Shown: positions 15,788 through 20,162 of the stretch, one piece after another
Numbering within the stretch: position 1 is the stretch's first letter
How the letters are laid out: the number at the start of each line of letters is the position of its first letter
NCBI GenBank assembly: GCA_038230375.1
Contig: JBBRNJ010000121.1
Span: 1 to 20,162, forward strand
Direction: 5' to 3'
DNA from: Polyangiales bacterium
GTDB taxonomy: Bacteria; Myxococcota_A; Polyangia; Polyangiales; Polyangiaceae
DNA length: 20,162 bases
Notes under the pieces: model-generated
Databases searched by the model: none
Told to the model about the DNA's origin: nothing
The model's input: the letters and a program-made list of their open reading frames with translations, nothing else
Translations under genes and position numbers: made by a program

Positions 15788-16536
15788 TACTCCTTGGTGA
15801 GCTTGGCGAGCTCTTCGTCGGAGATGTCGAAGTCGGCGTAGACGGTCGCCACGTCGTCGTGATCGTCCAGCGCCTCGACCAGGTTCAGCGCGACCTCTGC
15901 ATCGCGACCTGCGATCTGCTTCTTCGTCTTGGGGAAGAACGCGAGCCCGCCCTTGGCCGGGATCTTCGCGGTCTCCAGCGCGTTCAGCACGGGCTGCAGC
16001 GTGTCCGGCGTGGACGTGACGTTCCACACGTCGCCGCCGTCCTCGTAGTCGTCCGCGCCCGCGCCCACGGCGATCTCCATGAGCTGATCTTCGTTCGCAG
16101 CGTCCTTCGGGATCTGGATGCTGCCCTTCTTGTCGAACGCCCAGCCCGCGGTGCTCGCGCCGCCGAGCAGGCCGTTGTTCTTCTCGAAGATCTTCCGGAT
16201 CTCAGCGACCGTTCGGTTGCGGTTGTCGGTCATGCCTTCGACCAGGAAGAGCGAGCCCCCGGGGCCCGTGCCCTCGTAGAGGACGTCCTCGTACGCCGCG
16301 CCTTCGATCTCACCCGTGCCGCGCTTCACCGCGCGGTTGATGGTATCGCTCGGCATCGACTGGCTCTTCGCGTCCTTGATGGCCGCGCGGAGACGCGCGT
16401 TGTTGTCCGGGTCTCCGCCGCCCATGCGCGCGGCCACCCCGAGCTCCTTGATGAGCTTCGTGAAGAGCTTGCCGCGCTTCGCGTCGAGCGCACCCTTCTT
16501 GTGCTTGATCGTCGCCCACTTTGAATGCCCGCTCAT
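15787..16536 (-). CDS. yebC: YebC/PmpR family protein
   Basis: MSGHSKWATIKHKKGALDAKRGKLFTKL, YEGTGPGG, TDNRNRT and LDDHDDV. Confidence 0.97.
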   Translation of the reverse strand: MSGHSKWATIKHKKGALDAKRGKLFTKLIKELGVAARMGGGDPDNNARLRAAIKDAKSQSMPSDTINRAVKRGTGEIEGAAYEDVLYEGTGPGGSLFLVEGMTDNRNRTVAEIRKIFEKNNGLLGGASTAGWAFDKKGSIQIPKDAANEDQLMEIAVGAGADDYEDGGDVWNVTSTPDTLQPVLNALETAKIPAKGGLAFFPKTKKQIAGRDAEVALNLVEALDDHDDVATVYADFDISDEELAKLTKE

Positions 16537-16635
16537 GGCCAGAGCTTTACCAAGCTTCAGTCCTGGCGGCTATCCCCAGTTTCGCGGGAAAATAAGGGCG
16601 TCCAGCGGTGCTTGCGGCGCCACCCGACGAGCCGG

Positions 16636-17607
16636 CTAGGGCGTGACGGTGAGCAGCGCCGACGTGCGGAGCGCGGTGCCTGGCGCCGCTGCTGTGATGG
16701 TCGTGTCGCCGATGGCGATCGCCGTCGCGAGCCCCGGGAGTGTACCTCCGGAGCTGTCGATCTTGGCGATGGTCGGCTTCGAAGAAGTCCAGGTGACCTG
16801 GCTGGTGAGCAGCTGCATCGTGCCGTCGGAGAAGACGCCCGTGGCAGAGAACTGGGTGATGCCGCCCACGTTGATGGACTCGGGGTTGGGGCTCACGCTC
16901 AGGGCGATGAGCGTCGGGAGCTCGCCGCTCACGAAGACGAGCGTGCTGCCCACGAGCCCGGTGACGGCGTCGGTGGCGGTGATGCTGGTGTTGCCCTGCG
17001 CCACGGCGTGGACCGTGCCGCGGCTCTGCTCCAGGTTGCTGACGGCGGCCACGGCCTCGTTCGAGGATGACCACAGGACCTTGTCCGTGATGTCGGCCGT
17101 GGTCGCGTCGGTGTACGTTCCGATCGCGGTGACGGAGTGCGTCTGCCCGCGCACGAGCGAGATGGCCGGCGCGGGGTTCACGTCGATCCGGACGAGCGTG
17201 GGACGCGCCACCGAGAAGGTGCTGGTCGTGAACTCGCCGCTCTCTGGATCGCGCGCGGTGACGAAGACGGTCGTGGACTCGGTCTCTGCGGCGACGAGGC
17301 CCGGCTTCAGCTCGGGGCTGATCAGGCGCAGAGCCGCTGCGTTGGAGGATGCCCAGTCGACGAGGCGCGTGACGTTCTCGACGCGGCCGTCCGCGTAGTG
17401 ACGGGTGGCCACGAGCTGGAGGCTCTGACCTGCCACGATCGGTCCGCCATCGGGGACGATCTGGATGGTGGGCGCGGCCGCCGACGCGCACGACAGCACG
17501 AGCGCCGCCGCGAGCGCCAGCAGAGGGAGGAGGATGCGAGGGATGCGACTGATACGACTGAAGCGACCTCGCCAGATGGTGCTGCAGATCATGCTCACGA
17601 TCGCCAT
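16636..17607 (-). CDS. Lipoprotein with three bacterial Ig-like (Big_2) repeats
   Basis: GGAGG lies a few nt before ATG 17607. Lipobox VLS-C; three repeats of P...i..G.t.q..A.g.y.Dg....T..V.W.SS, two of them ending G.t.ITA. Confidence 0.85.
   Translation of the reverse strand: MAIVSMICSTIWRGRFSRISRIPRILLPLLALAAALVLSCASAAAPTIQIVPDGGPIVAGQSLQLVATRHYADGRVENVTRLVDWASSNAAALRLISPELKPGLVAAETESTTVFVTARDPESGEFTTSTFSVARPTLVRIDVNPAPAISLVRGQTHSVTAIGTYTDATTADITDKVLWSSSNEAVAAVSNLEQSRGTVHAVAQGNTSITATDAVTGLVGSTLVFVSGELPTLIALSVSPNPESINVGGITQFSATGVFSDGTMQLLTSQVTWTSSKPTIAKIDSSGGTLPGLATAIAIGDTTITAAAPGTALRTSALLTVTP
17533..17568. repeat. Four imperfect 9-bp tandem repeats in the signal-peptide n-region
   Basis: GATGCGAGG / GATGCGACT / GATACGACT / GAAGCGACC, which encode GRF-SRI-SRI-PRI on the minus strand. 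Confidence 0.5.
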
Positions 17608-17632
17608 GAAGCCTCCCAAGGTGTCCCTACTT

Positions 17633-18928
<1,296 letters not shown>

Positions 18929-19031
18929 GATTTCGCGGGGAGTAGTCCATGCTTGACAGGGGTGCAAGGCTTCACACTTCTTCATCGCGTGTGCGCTTTA
19001 CCCCGGCCTTTCGGTGCGCACGTTCTCGGCC

Positions 19032-19967
19032 ATGTCCGAAGATGACGTTGCGTTGGATGCGTACTCGAGCGCGGTCACCAAGGTGGTGGAGCAGGTCGGC
19101 CCTGCGGTCGTCAGCATCTCGGTGCGGCGCGGCCGTTTCAGCGGCTCGGACGGCGCGGGCTCCGGCGTCATGTTCACGCCCGACGGGTACTTGCTGACGA
19201 ACTCGCACGTGGTGAACGGCGCGCGCGAGCTCGTCGTCGAGCTCACGGACGGGTCGGAGGAGACAGCGCGCGTCGTCGGCGACGATCCACCGACGGATCT
19301 CGCGGTGCTTCAAATCGCTGGCAAATCAAGGCCATTCGTGACCATCGGGGCGTCGAGCGCGCTGCGCCCAGGGCAGCTCGTCGTCGCGATCGGCAACCCG
19401 TTCGGCTTTCAATCGACCGTCACCGCGGGCGTCGTCTCGGCGCTCGGGCGCACGATGCGCGGCAAGAGCGGCCAGTCGATCGAGGGCGTCATCCAACACA
19501 CGGCGCCGCTCAACCCTGGAAACTCCGGCGGACCGCTCGTCGACTCGCGAGGCAAGCTGGTCGGGATCAACACCGCGATCATCGCGTTCGCTCAAGGCCT
19601 CAGCTTCGCTGTTCCGTCGGACACGGCGAGCTGGGTCGCGTCGCAGCTCCTCCGCAAGGGTCGCGTCGCGCGCGGCGTGCTCGGCCTCACGGTGAAGCAA
19701 GTACCCTTGGATCGTAGGCTCGCGCGCGCGCACGGCATCGAGTCGCCCTACGCCATCGAGGTGCTCGAGGTCCGCGGCGGCGGTCCCGCGGGGCGAGCGG
19801 GCCTGCTCGACGGCGACCTCCTCGTCGCCATCGACGACGTCCACGTCGCGACGGTGGACGCGCTCTATCGGCAGATCGCGTCTTGGGAAGACGGCAAGCC
19901 GATGAAGGTGAAGGTGTTGCGCCGCGGTGCGGCGAGGACGCTCGATCTGCTGCCGGCGGCTGCGTAG
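19032..19967 (+). CDS. HtrA/DegS-family trypsin-like serine protease with one PDZ domain, no signal peptide
   Basis: Catalytic triad LTNSHVV / TDLAVL / PGNSGGPL, plus GNPFG and PDZ motif GPA.RAGL..GD. Confidence 0.93.
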   Translation: MSEDDVALDAYSSAVTKVVEQVGPAVVSISVRRGRFSGSDGAGSGVMFTPDGYLLTNSHVVNGARELVVELTDGSEETARVVGDDPPTDLAVLQIAGKSRPFVTIGASSALRPGQLVVAIGNPFGFQSTVTAGVVSALGRTMRGKSGQSIEGVIQHTAPLNPGNSGGPLVDSRGKLVGINTAIIAFAQGLSFAVPSDTASWVASQLLRKGRVARGVLGLTVKQVPLDRRLARAHGIESPYAIEVLEVRGGGPAGRAGLLDGDLLVAIDDVHVATVDALYRQIASWEDGKPMKVKVLRRGAARTLDLLPAAA

Positions 19968-20005
19968 CGCTCCACGGAGACAGCGAGGTCGTGTAGATTG
20001 TACGC

Positions 20006-20162
20006 GTGAACGACGTGCAATCTCGCGTCCGGGCGTTGGCGTTGGCGAGCGTGCTCGTCGGTGCGGTCGCCTCCGCGATGCCTGCTTGCACAGGCGATCC
20101 AGCGACGTTCCCGGACACTGGGGTCACGATCGGCAGCGTCGGCGTCGTCGGGTCGACCTCCG
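20006..20162 (+). CDS. Lipoprotein, 3'-truncated by the window edge
   Basis: GTG 20006 opens (M)NDVQSRVRALALASVLVGAVASAMPA-C-TGDP..., a lipobox-like signal; TAGATT lies 6 nt upstream. Not in the ORF track because no stop codon falls in the window. Confidence 0.65.
   Translation, partial: MNDVQSRVRALALASVLVGAVASAMPACTGDPATFPDTGVTIGSVGVVGSTS

Noticed and set aside
15788..16027. Apparent 80-aa N-terminal extension of RuvC
   Set aside because: Lies inside yebC in another frame and is Arg-rich nonsense.

Overview
High-GC bacterial chromosomal window; gene content and the many lipoproteins with D-[AS]-G linkers suggest a myxobacterium (Polyangiaceae-like), which is an inference. It holds about 21 CDS. 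Housekeeping and envelope genes: hslO/Hsp33, acyl-CoA dehydrogenase, MOSC protein, CCA-adding enzyme, alginate-export-type beta-barrel, YcbK/M15 peptidase, ECF sigma factor coupled to a lysophospholipase-type hydrolase, 2Fe-2S ferredoxin, lolA, ruvC, yebC, icd and an HtrA-type protease. Accessory genes are several unknown secreted proteins and lipoproteins. I saw no tRNA, rRNA, CRISPR array, transposase or integrase. Most notable: (i) a stand-alone 540-aa lipoprotein with a clan-CD (caspase/gingipain-like) His/Cys motif pair, preceded by a sigma54-type promoter and a ~94-nt three-helix structured element; (ii) an orphan alpha-class SPPY amino-methyltransferase inside a lolA-MTase-ferredoxin operon; (iii) an ECF sigma factor with no adjacent anti-sigma, flanked by envelope hydrolases; (iv) repeated -10 motifs 6-8 nt before start codons, suggesting widespread leaderless mRNAs. 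No database searches or folding programs were run.
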